Positions 27,801 to 41,796 of a DNA stretch of 64,000 bases are shown in pieces. Each line of letters opens with the position of its first letter. Positions within the stretch are counted from its first letter, which is position 1. The stretch is from Felis catus (taxonomy: Eukaryota). A model generated the notes under the pieces. It saw nothing but the letters and a program-made list of their open reading frames with translations. It had not been told where the DNA came from and searched no databases. A program made the position numbers and the translations under genes. Where the stretch lies: assembly GCF_018350175.1 (NCBI RefSeq), contig NC_058383.1, positions 1,860,001 to 1,924,000 on the forward strand, given 5' to 3'.

Positions 27801-28180
27801 CTGGCGCTGGTGCTGGCCGCCCGCTCCAGTTCCACTCGCGCTCTCTTGTGGCTCAGCTCCAGCTGCGTCTTCTCCCGCTCCACCTGGACGACCTGGGACT
27901 TGGAGCGGATCCGCTCGGCTCGTTCCTCCAGCTGAGCAGGTCACACCCGAGGGAGAGAGAACCCTCAGCAGCTGCGCCGAACAGCTGGGGGGCTCGTCTG
28001 ACACTCACACACTGACACCTGCTCCCAACAGGGCCCGTACTCAGCCTTGAGGGAGAAGGACGGATGCCCGGTCTTTTGTTGGAAAACAGGTACACAGAGG
28101 CAGTAAACAGAGAGACAATAACAGGAAGAGAAGGACCTATTTTTTTTTCAATTTCTTTTAGTATTTATTTCTTTCTGAGG

Positions 28181-28212
<32 letters not shown>

Positions 28213-31200
28213 CAGAGCGTGAGCAGGGGAGGGGCACAGAGAGAGGGAGACAGAACCCGAAGCAGGCTCCACGCTCCAAGCTGTCAGCACAGAGCCCGTC
28301 GCGGGGCTGGAACCCACGGACCGTGAGATCGTGACCTGAACCGAAGTCAGATGTTCAACCGACTGAGCTCCCCAGGTGCCCAAGAATGATATGTTTTAAT
28401 AAGGTGGTGTATATGCTTGTTTTAGAGAAAAGAGCATATTAGTTTCCTATTGCTGTGCAGCAACTTACAACAAACTTAGCAGCTAAAACCCCACGTTAGC
28501 CGCCGTCAGGCTCTGTGGGCAGAAGGCCAGGTCGTGTGATCAGGCTCTCACAGGCTAAAATCAACACCCAGTGGCCACGCTCCAACCTCATCTGGACCAT
28601 GAGATCCTCTTCCACACTCACATGGCTGGAGGACCGAGGTCCCATTTCCTTGCTATCAGCCCTGGGCTGCTGTCAGCCCCTGGAGACCACCCACATTCCC
28701 TGCCACGTGGCCCCTGTCCACCTCCAAAGCCAACAAAGGAGAATCCCCCATATGTGGAATCCCTCTCCTGCTCTGTCTCTGACTTCTCGATCTGATCTAG
28801 TGACCTAGGTTTAAAAGGCTCATCTGAGTAAGTCAGGCCCACCATCATAAGGTCAACTGACTGAAGTTCTTAATTCTGTTGGCAAAATCCTGCCGCCACA
28901 ATACCTAGTGTTTAAGTGGGAGAAAGTGTGACCCACCTGAGGCCGGGCATTCGGGAGCCGTCTTACAAGTACACCCACCACAGAGGGTAGGCACATAAAG
29001 GTGAGGTCAAGCCTTGAAGGGCCTCGGAGGACACGTCAGTTTCACAGACCCACTGACTGTCAGGGTCTCTGGCTCACGTGGACTAGAGCCTGACCACTCC
29101 AAGAATGCCTGGTAGCACCGCAGCTCCAGAGCACGAGAAAGAAACGCAGAATCTCAGGCTGCGCCCCACAGATGCCAAATCAGAATCTTCCTCTTAAACA
29201 TATCAGGTATTCATGTGCACATTGAACCGTTACGGCGAGTGGTTCTCAGTTCCAGCAGGGATGCTTGGCAACGTCTGGAGACGCTGTCGACCGTCAAAAG
29301 ACAGGCAAGCAGTACGTGTTCGCTACCGGCATCCCGCGGGCAGAGGCCAGGGATGTCGCTCAACACCGCACAAGGCACAAGCCTGTCCTGCAGAACAAAG
29401 AACCACCCACCTCAAAACGTCAGCCGAACCACGGATGAGAAATCCCAGGCCAGGGGAAAGGTATCTTCTCTACCCAACCCCCCCCCCCCACCCACCGTCT
29501 CTGGGGGCTCAAGTCCACACTTCACTCCTCGGACACTTTCTCTCACTTCCACCCCCACCCGTTCAAGTGGGGGAGTTCCAAAGTGCACCTTCCGTCAGAC
29601 TCACTGGTCTTCCCAGCCTCACTCTGTGCCTGCAGCTAGGGCTCCCAGCTCCCGTGGGCACCACTGCACAGGGACCAGGAGTCCCAGAGAAACAGACCCA
29701 TGGACACGTCTTCCTGAAACATCGACTGCGACTGCATGTGAAGGAAGGTAACTGAAACATGTTTATGTCGAAACCAACACTGACATGTAGCAGAGCGACT
29801 GTAAACACTTTCCCACGGAAACAAGAGGCTCAAAAAAAGGGCAGGGGGGCGCCTGGGTGGCTCAGTCGGTTGGGCGTCCGACTTCAGCCAGGTCACGATC
29901 TCGCGGTCCGTGAGTTCGAGCCCCGCGTCGGGCTCTGGGCTGATGGCTTGGAGCCTGGGGCCTGCTTCCGATTCTGTGTCTCCCTCTCTCTGTGCCCCTC
30001 CCCCGTTCATGCTCTGTCTCTCTCTGTCTCAAAAATAAATAAACGTTAAAAAAAAAAGTTGAAATAAAAAAAAAAAGGGCAGGGGGCCCGGAATGGTAGT
30101 CAAAGCACTGATTTCCAGGCTCCCCCCAGACCTGTAGGTTCTCAGTTCCCTCATCTGCCATCAGGGGGCAGCTTGGTAGGGCACAAAAACACTGACGGAT
30201 GTCCCGGGCCAGCTCAGGACCAGGTCAGGGCCCTGGCAGCCTACGGCCGCAGCACTCTAACCAGCCCTCTCTGGCACCCGCCTACGGGGTCCCGCAGACT
30301 GAGGAAGCCCTCCACAGCACTAGCTTACTGAAAGGCTGGCCTCTGAATTTCTAGATTCTATAGTTCCGACAGGTTGGCCAAAAGTTGCCAGACATTTGCA
30401 TCAACAAAATTGCAACGCTTTTGTAGACCAAAGCTGCTAACTTCTTATTTTGCCAGTGAGCAACTCAAACAAACAAAAAAAAGCACAATTGCCACTAGCG
30501 TTTCCAAAAAATGCTTTAATGCCAAAAACAAATCTAAAAGATTCAATTTCAAAATAAAAAACAGTCCTTGCCAAAAAATGGCAGCGAGCAGCAACTCAGC
30601 CCACAAACAAACAGAAATCATTCAATTACTCAGCAAACGAATGCACACAAACACACCAGCATGTGTTTGACCAGATGCTGCCTGGGCCTCCCTGGGGCTC
30701 CCGGGCTCCATCAGGGGCCGTTTCCCTGGGATGGCTCAGGCCGCACAGCACAGGGGAGCTGCTGGACATCGGCAGTGCAGAGGGGTGGGGGCCAGGCCCA
30801 GGCGCAGACGCCACCCCCTGCTTATGAGGGCCCAGTGATCCCTGCCCCCATGAGACTGACCCCACAACTCTGTGGAACCTCAAGTCCTCCAGAAGACCTG
30901 ACCCCTTTATCACGGTGTATGGTCAGTGTTGCCAAGGCAGTGAAATAAAGGAAATAGGACTGTTTTTATCGCAAAACTGTAAAAGCCACATCACGGCAGA
31001 GTGAAGCCAAGATCTGCAAACGCCCCCCCCCCCCAAAGTGGTCTGAGACCAGGGCATACCCAATCTTTCTCTTTCTTGGAGACCCTTCCCGACCCGGGGA
31101 CCGGGGGACCCGGGTGCTCCCCGGCACAGGCCCCACCTAAGGCATGTGTCTTCCCACCTGGAGCCCCGGAGCCCCTCCCGCGGAGCCCCTCCCGCCGGGG

Positions 31201-31358
31201 GCGCTCACCTGCATGCTCTCCTGGTACTGCATCTGCAGAGAGCCCTGGGCGGAGGCGGGAGCGTCCAGTCCAGATCCTGCCTCCACCCGCTGAGAAATGA
31301 AGTTGTTCAAAGACCTCAGGGTGGACAGCACCGTGGTGTTCTCCCCCAGGTCGTCCAT
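18793..31358 (-). CDS. MAD1L1: Mitotic arrest deficient 1-like 1 (MAD1), 5' part; join(complement 31209-31358, 27791-27931, 25314-25493, 22901-23025, 22008-22089, 20987-21117, 20719-20833, 18793-18854); gene continues beyond position 1
   Basis: Eight GT-AG exons (150,141,180,125,82,131,115,62 nt) join in one frame: [26 protein letters not shown]...[11 protein letters not shown]...[10 protein letters not shown]...[21 protein letters not shown]. This is recognisable as the mammalian MAD1 N-terminal coiled coil. No further MAD1 exon seen in 1-18792. Confidence 0.97.
19590..19810 (-). mobile_element. MIR SINE remnant
   Basis: GGAGAGGTTAAGCAACTTGCCCGGGGCCACAGAGC resembles the MIR core. Confidence 0.55.
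20719..20833 (-). CDS. MAD1L1: MAD1L1 coding exon 7
   Basis: [38 protein letters not shown]; 115 nt. Confidence 0.95.
20937..20958 (+). repeat. Interstitial telomeric repeat AGGG(TTAGGG)3
   Basis: Read directly. Confidence 0.95.
20987..21117 (-). CDS. MAD1L1: MAD1L1 coding exon 6
   Basis: [43 protein letters not shown](R); 131 nt. Confidence 0.95.
22008..22089 (-). CDS. MAD1L1: MAD1L1 coding exon 5
   Basis: [27 protein letters not shown]; 82 nt; donor AGG|GTGAGT. Confidence 0.95.
22901..23025 (-). CDS. MAD1L1: MAD1L1 coding exon 4
   Basis: [41 protein letters not shown](K); 125 nt. Confidence 0.95.
24311..24363. repeat. 18-bp tandem repeat x3 (GCACGCAGGCCCCGGGGA)
   Basis: Read directly; gives PGACVL repeats in a spurious ORF. 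Confidence 0.85.
24795..25170 (+). mobile_element. Ancient L1 (L1ME-like) 3' ORF2 fragment
   Basis: CTAATCAAAGACATGCAAATC and CCCCACTCCTAGGAA resemble conserved L1 3' motifs; A-rich. Confidence 0.5.
25314..25493 (-). CDS. MAD1L1: MAD1L1 coding exon 3
   Basis: [60 protein letters not shown]; 180 nt. Confidence 0.95.
27147..27372 (-). mobile_element. CAN-SINE (SINEC_Fc-like)
   Basis: Reverse-complement GGGGCGCCTGGGTGGCTGA head, (GA)n, poly-T; TSD TGGAGGT(T/C)TTT on both sides. Confidence 0.93.
27791..27931 (-). CDS. MAD1L1: MAD1L1 coding exon 2
   Basis: [51 protein letters not shown] boundaries, 141 nt, phase 0-0. Confidence 0.95.
28140..28381 (-). mobile_element. CAN-SINE (SINEC_Fc-like)
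   Basis: Head GGGCACCTGGGGAGCTCAGTCGGTTGA on -, (GA)n, TTTATT and T-rich tail. Confidence 0.92.
28435..28982 (-). mobile_element. MaLR (MLT1-type) solo LTR
   Basis: TATTAGTTTCCTATTGCTG...AACAAACTTAGCAGCTAAAAC terminus and CACGTGGCCCC...CTCCAAAGCCA motif typical of MLT1. Confidence 0.75.
29100..29230. mobile_element. MER5A-like hAT-Charlie MITE remnant
   Basis: AGAAACGCAGAATCTCAGGC...AAATCAGAATCT...ATTCATGTGCACATT hallmarks. Confidence 0.6.
29238..29447 (+). mobile_element. MER20 hAT-Charlie DNA transposon
   Basis: AGTGGTTCTCA start, TTGGCAACGTCTGGAGAC, GGCAGAGGCCAGGGATG, ending GAGAAATCCC. Confidence 0.75.
29846..30069 (+). mobile_element. Young CAN-SINE (SINEC_Fc)
   Basis: Intact GGGGCGCCTGGGTGGCTCAGTCGGTT head, GAGTTCGAGCCCC B box, CpGs retained, (CT)n, AATAAA, poly-A; perfect TSD AAAAAAAGGGCAGG (29832-29845 / 30070-30083). 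Confidence 0.96.
31209..31358 (-). CDS. MAD1L1: MAD1L1 first coding exon (ATG at 31358)
   Basis: [50 protein letters not shown]; Kozak GCCATGG; donor CAG|GTGAGC; acceptor CAG/AAG at 31373-31369. Confidence 0.96.
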
Positions 31359-31432
31359 GGCCACTTGGCTTCTGCAGGAAGACGGGGAGGGCCCACGGTG
31401 AGCGTCTGCAGGCACCATTAGCTGCACCAGCG

Positions 31433-31470
<38 letters not shown>

Positions 31471-31839
31471 TCTGGGCAGCCCTGCCCTCCCGACACTCAC
31501 AGCACTCCCGAGCCCATAACCACATTTCCAGGGCCAAGCGGGAGCCCACACTGCCACTTGACCAGAGAACAGAGGCATCTGAAGACCATGCCGCTGAGCC
31601 GCTGTCACGGTGCTGACCTGCACACCAGCGACGGACAGACGGCTCCCAGAAAAAGATGCCCAGCAGTCCCAGGGCACATGGCCCCGTGAACACAAAAGAC
31701 CCAGCCTCTGGGAACGAGGAACAAAGCAGGCCGCAGTGGCGAGAGCTGGCGACCCCAGCGACGCTAACCGTAATCACCGCTAACGATGACCTTAATAGGC
31801 ATTGCTAGTTTCGACCAAAAAGAAACGTACGTGACACCG

Positions 31840-31935
31840 AGCACTGAGCCTTCTCGAGCCTCAGTTTCCTCATCTGTAAACTGAGGACCAGGAAAGCCTC
31901 TTTGCAAAGCTGCCGTGAGGATTACGGTGCCTGTC
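31840..31935 (+). mobile_element. MIR SINE remnant
   Basis: GAGCCTCAGTTTCCTCATCTGTAAA core. Confidence 0.7.
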
Positions 31936-33014
31936 CTAAGTTTCCAGAAGGCAGGGGTGAGTCATGCCAGATCCTCACTCGGCCTGAAACTTCTCACAGG
32001 ACACCTCAGACTTCACAACGGGCGAACTAGGTGTTTACACACGTGTGAGACGTGAGAAAGCGAGGCTTCAGAAGCTACAGAATGGACCAGATCCCAGGCC
32101 CGCCTGGCTCTCAGGTCCAGTTTGTGCTCCACGAGCCAACGCGCGAACAAGACCAAGGAGCCGCATTCCCGAGCGCAAGGGACTGTGGCTTCACGCGGCC
32201 CGCCCGCCCACCCGTCCACCAGCGGGCACAGGTGTGGACTGCTACAGGTGCACACCGTGTCCCCTTTGGGAAACAGGCTGGCTTGCAGGGACTTCCCCCA
32301 GGTACCAGACTGAAAACGCCTCCCCGCCAACACCCCAGTGGAAGAGACTGAGAAATCTAGTTTGGTTGTGAGTTTCCTGTACGAGAACCTTGGCCCTCTG
32401 CACACAGGGCCCTCCTCCTCTGCAGGCCATGTGTCCGCCCCTGGAAAACACGGCTGTCCTTGCCAACTCTCAATCGCACTGGGAAGGAAAAGGGGAATGC
32501 AAGAACAGGGCAAGCGCTCAGTGCTGACAGCGGCGGCAGACAGCTGAGCTCTTCTCTGGAAGCAAACCCTTAGGTCTGCCAAGGTCAGCCTGGGGCCATC
32601 CTCTCCGTCCCCCCATGAGAAACTGAGCCGGTAGGTCCCGTGCAAGAACAGATGCCTGGGATGCACTGGAACCAAGGGAACACACGCGTTGTCAACTGCC
32701 TGTAACTGGGCCACTACACGAGGCACGCGATCAGGCAGCAGCCTCCACTCCATCCCCTTTATCCCACAGACTCCACACCCCCCAGGTTGTGCGCCGCCGG
32801 TCAGCTGCCCTTCTCGGCCAGGACACCGCCCGGGGGGACCTTCCGCGCAAACTCCAGGCACACATGCGTCGCCCCCCGCCCGCCCTGGCCTCTGGGGCCT
32901 TCAGGAGCTGCAGCGCGCTCCGCTAGAAGAGGCGCGGGTGACAGCACGCGGGCCGGCGCGGCTTCCCAGCCAGACTCTGGGTGGGGGTAAGCCCCGCCCC
33001 TAGACGCCACCGCC

Positions 33015-33360
33015 AGGGACCCCGTCCAGACCCCGGCCCGGGTTCGCACCTCAGCCCCAGCTCCTAAGACCCCGGCTCCCGCTCCCAGTATCTCGGCTCC
33101 GAGGACCCCGGTCCCGACTCGCACCCAAGCCCCGGCTCCGAGGACCCCGGCTCCGAGGACCCCGATCCCGGCTCGCATCCCGGCACCGGGGACGCCAGCT
33201 CCCAGGACCTCGGCCCCGCTCTCACCCCGATCCCCGTTCCCAGGACCCCGGCTCCGACGACGCCGAACCCTCTCCGAGGCCCCCGCTCCCGGCTCGCACC
33301 CCGGCCCCCCGCTACCTAGACCCCGGCTTCGGGTAGCACCCCGGCCGGGCTCCGAAGACC
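33015..33360. repeat. Degenerate GC-rich tandem array (ACCCCGGCTCC-like units) in MAD1L1 intron 1
   Basis: Recurrent GACCCCGGCTCCGAG / CCCGGCTCGCA units. Confidence 0.7.
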
Positions 33361-33484
33361 GAGCGCGAGAGGGGGGCAGGAGGGAGGAGACCAGTGGGCA
33401 GGGGGAGGGGGCGCCACCCGCGCCCAACCTGGCTCCTCGACCCCGCCCGAAGCCCACCCGGGACCCTGACGCCCCGCCGCTCAC

Positions 33485-33590
33485 CTCAGGTAGCCCGCCG
33501 CTCGCCGCGGCCGCCGCTCAGATCTCCCTCCTCTGCGCCCGCGCCCGCGTATCGCGAGAAGTGCCGCCGCGCTCTCGCGAGACCTGGGCA
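33485..33590 (-). other. MAD1L1: MAD1L1 non-coding first exon (5' end approximate)
   Basis: Strong donor GAG|GTGAGC at 33485/33484 inside a CpG island, 2.1 kb upstream of the first coding exon; TSS cannot be fixed from sequence. Confidence 0.7.
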
Positions 33591-34461
33591 GGGCCGGCCG
33601 TAAATCCCTGAGTCCGAGCACCAGCGGGGCCGGGGACCTCCGCCTGCTCCCCGGAGCGGTCCGCTCCCTTGACACCGCCCTGGCAGGACTCGCACCAAAG
33701 GCCGGCCCGCGGGACTGTCGGGGTGCCAGCCTTCCCGCGCGGGACGGGCCTCCGCTGTGGCGGTGGCCTCGCACCGTATTGTGTGGAATAGCAAGGCCCA
33801 ACGGTGGCCTCTTCGGGACAAACTTGCTGGCTCTGACAACTCCCAAAATTTCGTTACGGTATTAGCTTGAATATGTTTGTAGTTTCCACAGGGTCCACTG
33901 GAAAGGCAAAATACTCTGCTTCTAGGCTACCCTCCCAGCGCCCTGTGAGCTCCCATAGCCAGCGATCATCGTCCAGTAACACAGGTCTCGCTCCCTCCTG
34001 AACCTCGTCCTCCAGGCTCCCACCCCACCCGGGACCGAGCGCCCTAGGGTCTGCACCGCGCTTGGGAGGGTCTGCACCGTACCCAGCGTCTACACCACGC
34101 CCCCTAAGGTCTGCACCTCCCCCACCTCTGATCTGCCCAGTGCTCCAAGGGTCGGCACCTCTTCCCCCGTCCCGCCCCATCCCCGGATCAGCACCCCGCG
34201 CAAGAAATGGGGTGGAGAGGAGCCCTGAGGAAGTGGGGGGATTTTCCAGTCCTAATTGACTACAACCAAAAGTAAAATGAAAAAAGGTTAAACCAAGCCT
34301 GCAGCCCACTTCAGAGCGCTGGACTGCACCCTGGGGAGACTGATGGAGATTGTGGGGTTCCCTATCTACCCAGGCTCTCCCTCAGCTCCACCCTCGGGAT
34401 TTAATCAGGGTTATAGTCCATACACTCTTATTAAGGGATGAGCACCCCTGCAGGAAATGGC

Positions 34462-34677
34462 TTTTTTTTCTTAAATGTTTATTTTTGAGAGAGAGAGAGA
34501 GAGACAGCATGAGCGAGGGGAGGGGCAGAAAGAGAGGGAGACACAGAATCCCAAGCAGGATCCAGGCTCTGAGCTGTCAGCACAGAGCCCAACCCCGGGC
34601 TGGATCTTAAGAACCGGGAGATAGATCTGACCTGAGCTGAAGTTGGATGCTTTAACCGACTGAGCCACCCAGGCGCC
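34462..34677 (-). mobile_element. CAN-SINE between MRM2 3' end and MAD1L1 promoter
   Basis: GGCGCCTGGGTGGCTCAGTCGGTTA head on -, (GA)n, TTTATT 34478-34483, T tail. Confidence 0.92.
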
Positions 34678-35407
34678 GCCCCCCCCCCTTTTTTTTAATG
34701 ACAAGTAGCTTTGAAAAAAACAATTTTTATAGAAACAAACTTCAAAGCATGGAAATCCCTTAAATAAACACAATCTACATTGTTTTATAAAGCTGCATCA
34801 AGTTCCTGGAAGAGAGTAAAAGGAAATCCAGCACTCCACGTGGCTGCTTGCTTTGGCAATTCCAGTCTTAGGGGCCTGGAGTATTACAGCGAGGCGGATT
34901 TCCAGCAACAAAACAAGCACACCACCCCCTGCAAAATTCACATGAAATGTCTTCCCTAACTGCCCCCCCCCGTCCCCCCCCCCCCCCCCCCGCCCCGTTC
35001 TGGTTGCTTGAAAGTATTAATTTCCACACCATTCACCAGAGAGATGGAAATTAACCCCCAGGTCGAAATTTCAGATTTTCATTCGCATTCGCTACACTGT
35101 ATAACCACAGCCTGGGTGGTGCCTTCTGGGAGCAATGGTGGAAACTCTGTTACAGGCGAACAGCCTGCTGACATCAAGGTTTCTCCTTCCCACTGTCTTT
35201 TCATCCTTCCTCTGCACCTAAGATCACTTAGGGACTATTTTTTATCATATATCGTGACCAGTGAATACACTGTGGTTCAAAGAAAGGTCGCACCCTCGTC
35301 CTGCCAGCCACGTCCCGGATCAAGCTCTGACCCCTCCAGCCACACTCCAGGAAAGAGCTCACACCACACTTGCAGTGAACGAGGACCACAAATGGCAGAG
35401 GCAGCCC

Positions 35408-39896
<4,489 letters not shown>

Positions 39897-39989
39897 GGGT
39901 GCCGATCGGCTCCTGTCCCCCGCGCCGGAAGTGCCGGCCTCGCTTCCGGCCCGAGGCCACGCCCCCCCGGCTTCCGCGGCTCCCTTATT

Positions 39990-40057
39990 CAGAAAGCGCG
40001 CGCGATCCCGGGTCTGAGGACAGGGACCGGAGAGCCCGGGAGCGGAACCCGGGTCAG
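39990..40057 (+). other. NUDT1: NUDT1 non-coding first exon (5' end approximate); alternative donor possible at 40202
   Basis: Consensus donor CAG|GTGAGC at 40057/40058 and a second CAG|GTGAGC at 40202/40203. Confidence 0.7.
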
Positions 40058-40474
40058 GTGAGCAGGGGAGAGGGGAGGGGGCCGGGGAGCGGAGCCCGGG
40101 TCCTGCGAGCGGGGGGGGGGGGGGGGGGGGACCAGGGACGGGGTTGGTGGGGGGGAGCCGGGGCGGTGAGAGGGGTGCGGGACCAGGGGGTGGGGGCGCC
40201 AGGTGAGCAGAGGTCGGAGGAGAGGGATCCGGAACCAGGGCCTGAGCCTGGTGTTCTGTGGATAGGATCTTTCAAAACCCTGGTGAGGGACCTCGGTGTA
40301 CCGACCACTTGACTCGGAGACCACATGCCCGGGCCTGTTGCAGCCTCCCAGCCGCTGACGTTCGGAGTGGCCCTCTGAGGACTCTCTAATTGTGGTCCCA
40401 AGCCGCTTGCTCCAGGACCCAGGGGACAACTGAACTTCAAAAGCCCGTTAGACCCAGATTGGGGTCTTCCCCAA

Positions 40475-40630
40475 GTTTGACCTTGGGTCAGACTGAGCCT
40501 CTTCGAGCTGCAGTTTCTTGATCTGAAAATGGAGAAAGCAAGTCTTAGCTCACAAAGTTCTTGGGTCTACTAAACAGAATGATTTTTTAAAAGAGGTATA
40601 CAGCCAGTGCTTAATAAGTGATAGCTGACA
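40475..40630 (+). mobile_element. MIR SINE remnant
   Basis: TGACCTTGGG...CAGTTTCTTGATCTGAAAATGG. Confidence 0.55.
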
Positions 40631-41644
40631 CTCCTGGTATCTGCCTCACCACCACAAGTCACTCAGGAAGCCAGGGCTCTGGGCATGAACCAGTCAGCAT
40701 CACGACAGAGGACACAGGCAGACAGGTAGGCTCGGCCACAGAGACCCACTTTGGCCAGACCTACCCCCCAAACCAGGACCCAGCTGTAGCTCCCTTTTCT
40801 CAGACACTGTGGCTCCCCACGAGGATCCCTGCTCCTGGATCCTGCTTCTCATCCGGTGTGGTCCCCAGGGTAAGAGACTTGTGAACGGTGGCCCCAGGCT
40901 GGGACAGGGATGGATGCACAGAGGGTCCTGGTCCTCCTCCATGTGTCCAGCAGCAACCCAGGCATCACCCTTGGAGTTTTCCTCTGGACCACGCACACCC
41001 GTTCGAGCGGGAGGGGCCCTTGTGGCTCCAGTGCCAGAGCCCAGAGCAGCAACAGTTGTGAGCGGATTATGAACTGTCGCAGGAGGGAGGACCAGCCAGC
41101 CCTCGCTGGGCGGGCTCTCTGCCAGGAGCTCCTCGGGACTCTATAGCTCTGCGGTGAAGTGTGGAAGGCATATCCCAGCAGGCCAGAAGAAGGCCCCACT
41201 GATGAAAAGGCCAAGGCCAAAAGCCTGACCCGAGAACCGTCGGCTAACCTGCCTGGTTGTGTTGGGGCCACAGGGGGTGGACTGTCCACGGGCTGGACAC
41301 AGGGGCAAAAACAGCCCTGTGCTGAGGAGGGGGAAGGGTTGACACGGCCCTTTCCGAACCTGCTCCATCAGCCCTGGCAATCCCAAGGCTTGGACACGGG
41401 TGCCGCTGGATTCGGAGGGCCAGGCCTCTCTCTTTCTACTCTGGAAGCTCATTTGTTCGGTTTCCATCTGGCAGGAGGCGAGCCTCTCGTGGCAGGGCTG
41501 GGAGGTTACCACCAGGCAGATTCCCCCCTGCCTTCCACAGCACATTCCCATCTCACCAGGCCCCTGGCCTCATCCACACTCCGCGTGCACCCAGGTCAAG
41601 CTGACCCAGCCTTTTTGCCTTCCTCAAGGGGTCCCCGGGGGACC

Positions 41645-41796
41645 ATGGGCGCCTCCAGGCTCTACACATTGGTGCTGGTGCTGCAGCCTCCGCGAGTTCT
41701 CCTGGGCATGAAGAAACGAGGCTTCGGGGCCGGCCGGTGGAATGGCTTTGGAGGCAAAGTTCAAGGAGGAGAGAGCATCGAGGACGGGGCCAAGAG
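41645..41796 (+). CDS. NUDT1: NUDT1 first coding exon (exon starts ~41629)
   Basis: ACCATGG Kozak; branch CTGAC at 41601, pyrimidine tract, AG at 41627-41628; donor AG|GTGAGG. Confidence 0.96.

Larger units (their letters stand above)
32780..33850. promoter_or_regulatory. CpG-island promoter of MAD1L1 with two BANP/ZBTB33-type TMTCGCGAGA motifs
   Basis: Very dense CpG; TATCGCGAGA at 33550-33559 and palindromic TCTCGCGAGA at 33573-33582; GC box near 32991. Confidence 0.85.

Noticed and set aside
29846..29930. tRNA gene (A and B boxes present)
   Set aside because: This is the tRNA-derived head of a CAN-SINE followed by (CT)n and a poly-A tail with TSDs.
41159..41644. Open frame extending NUDT1 162 codons upstream (possible long/mitochondrial MTH1 isoform)
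   Set aside because: It is intronic, starts at GTG and contains no in-frame ATG before 41645; a good acceptor at 41628 explains the structure.
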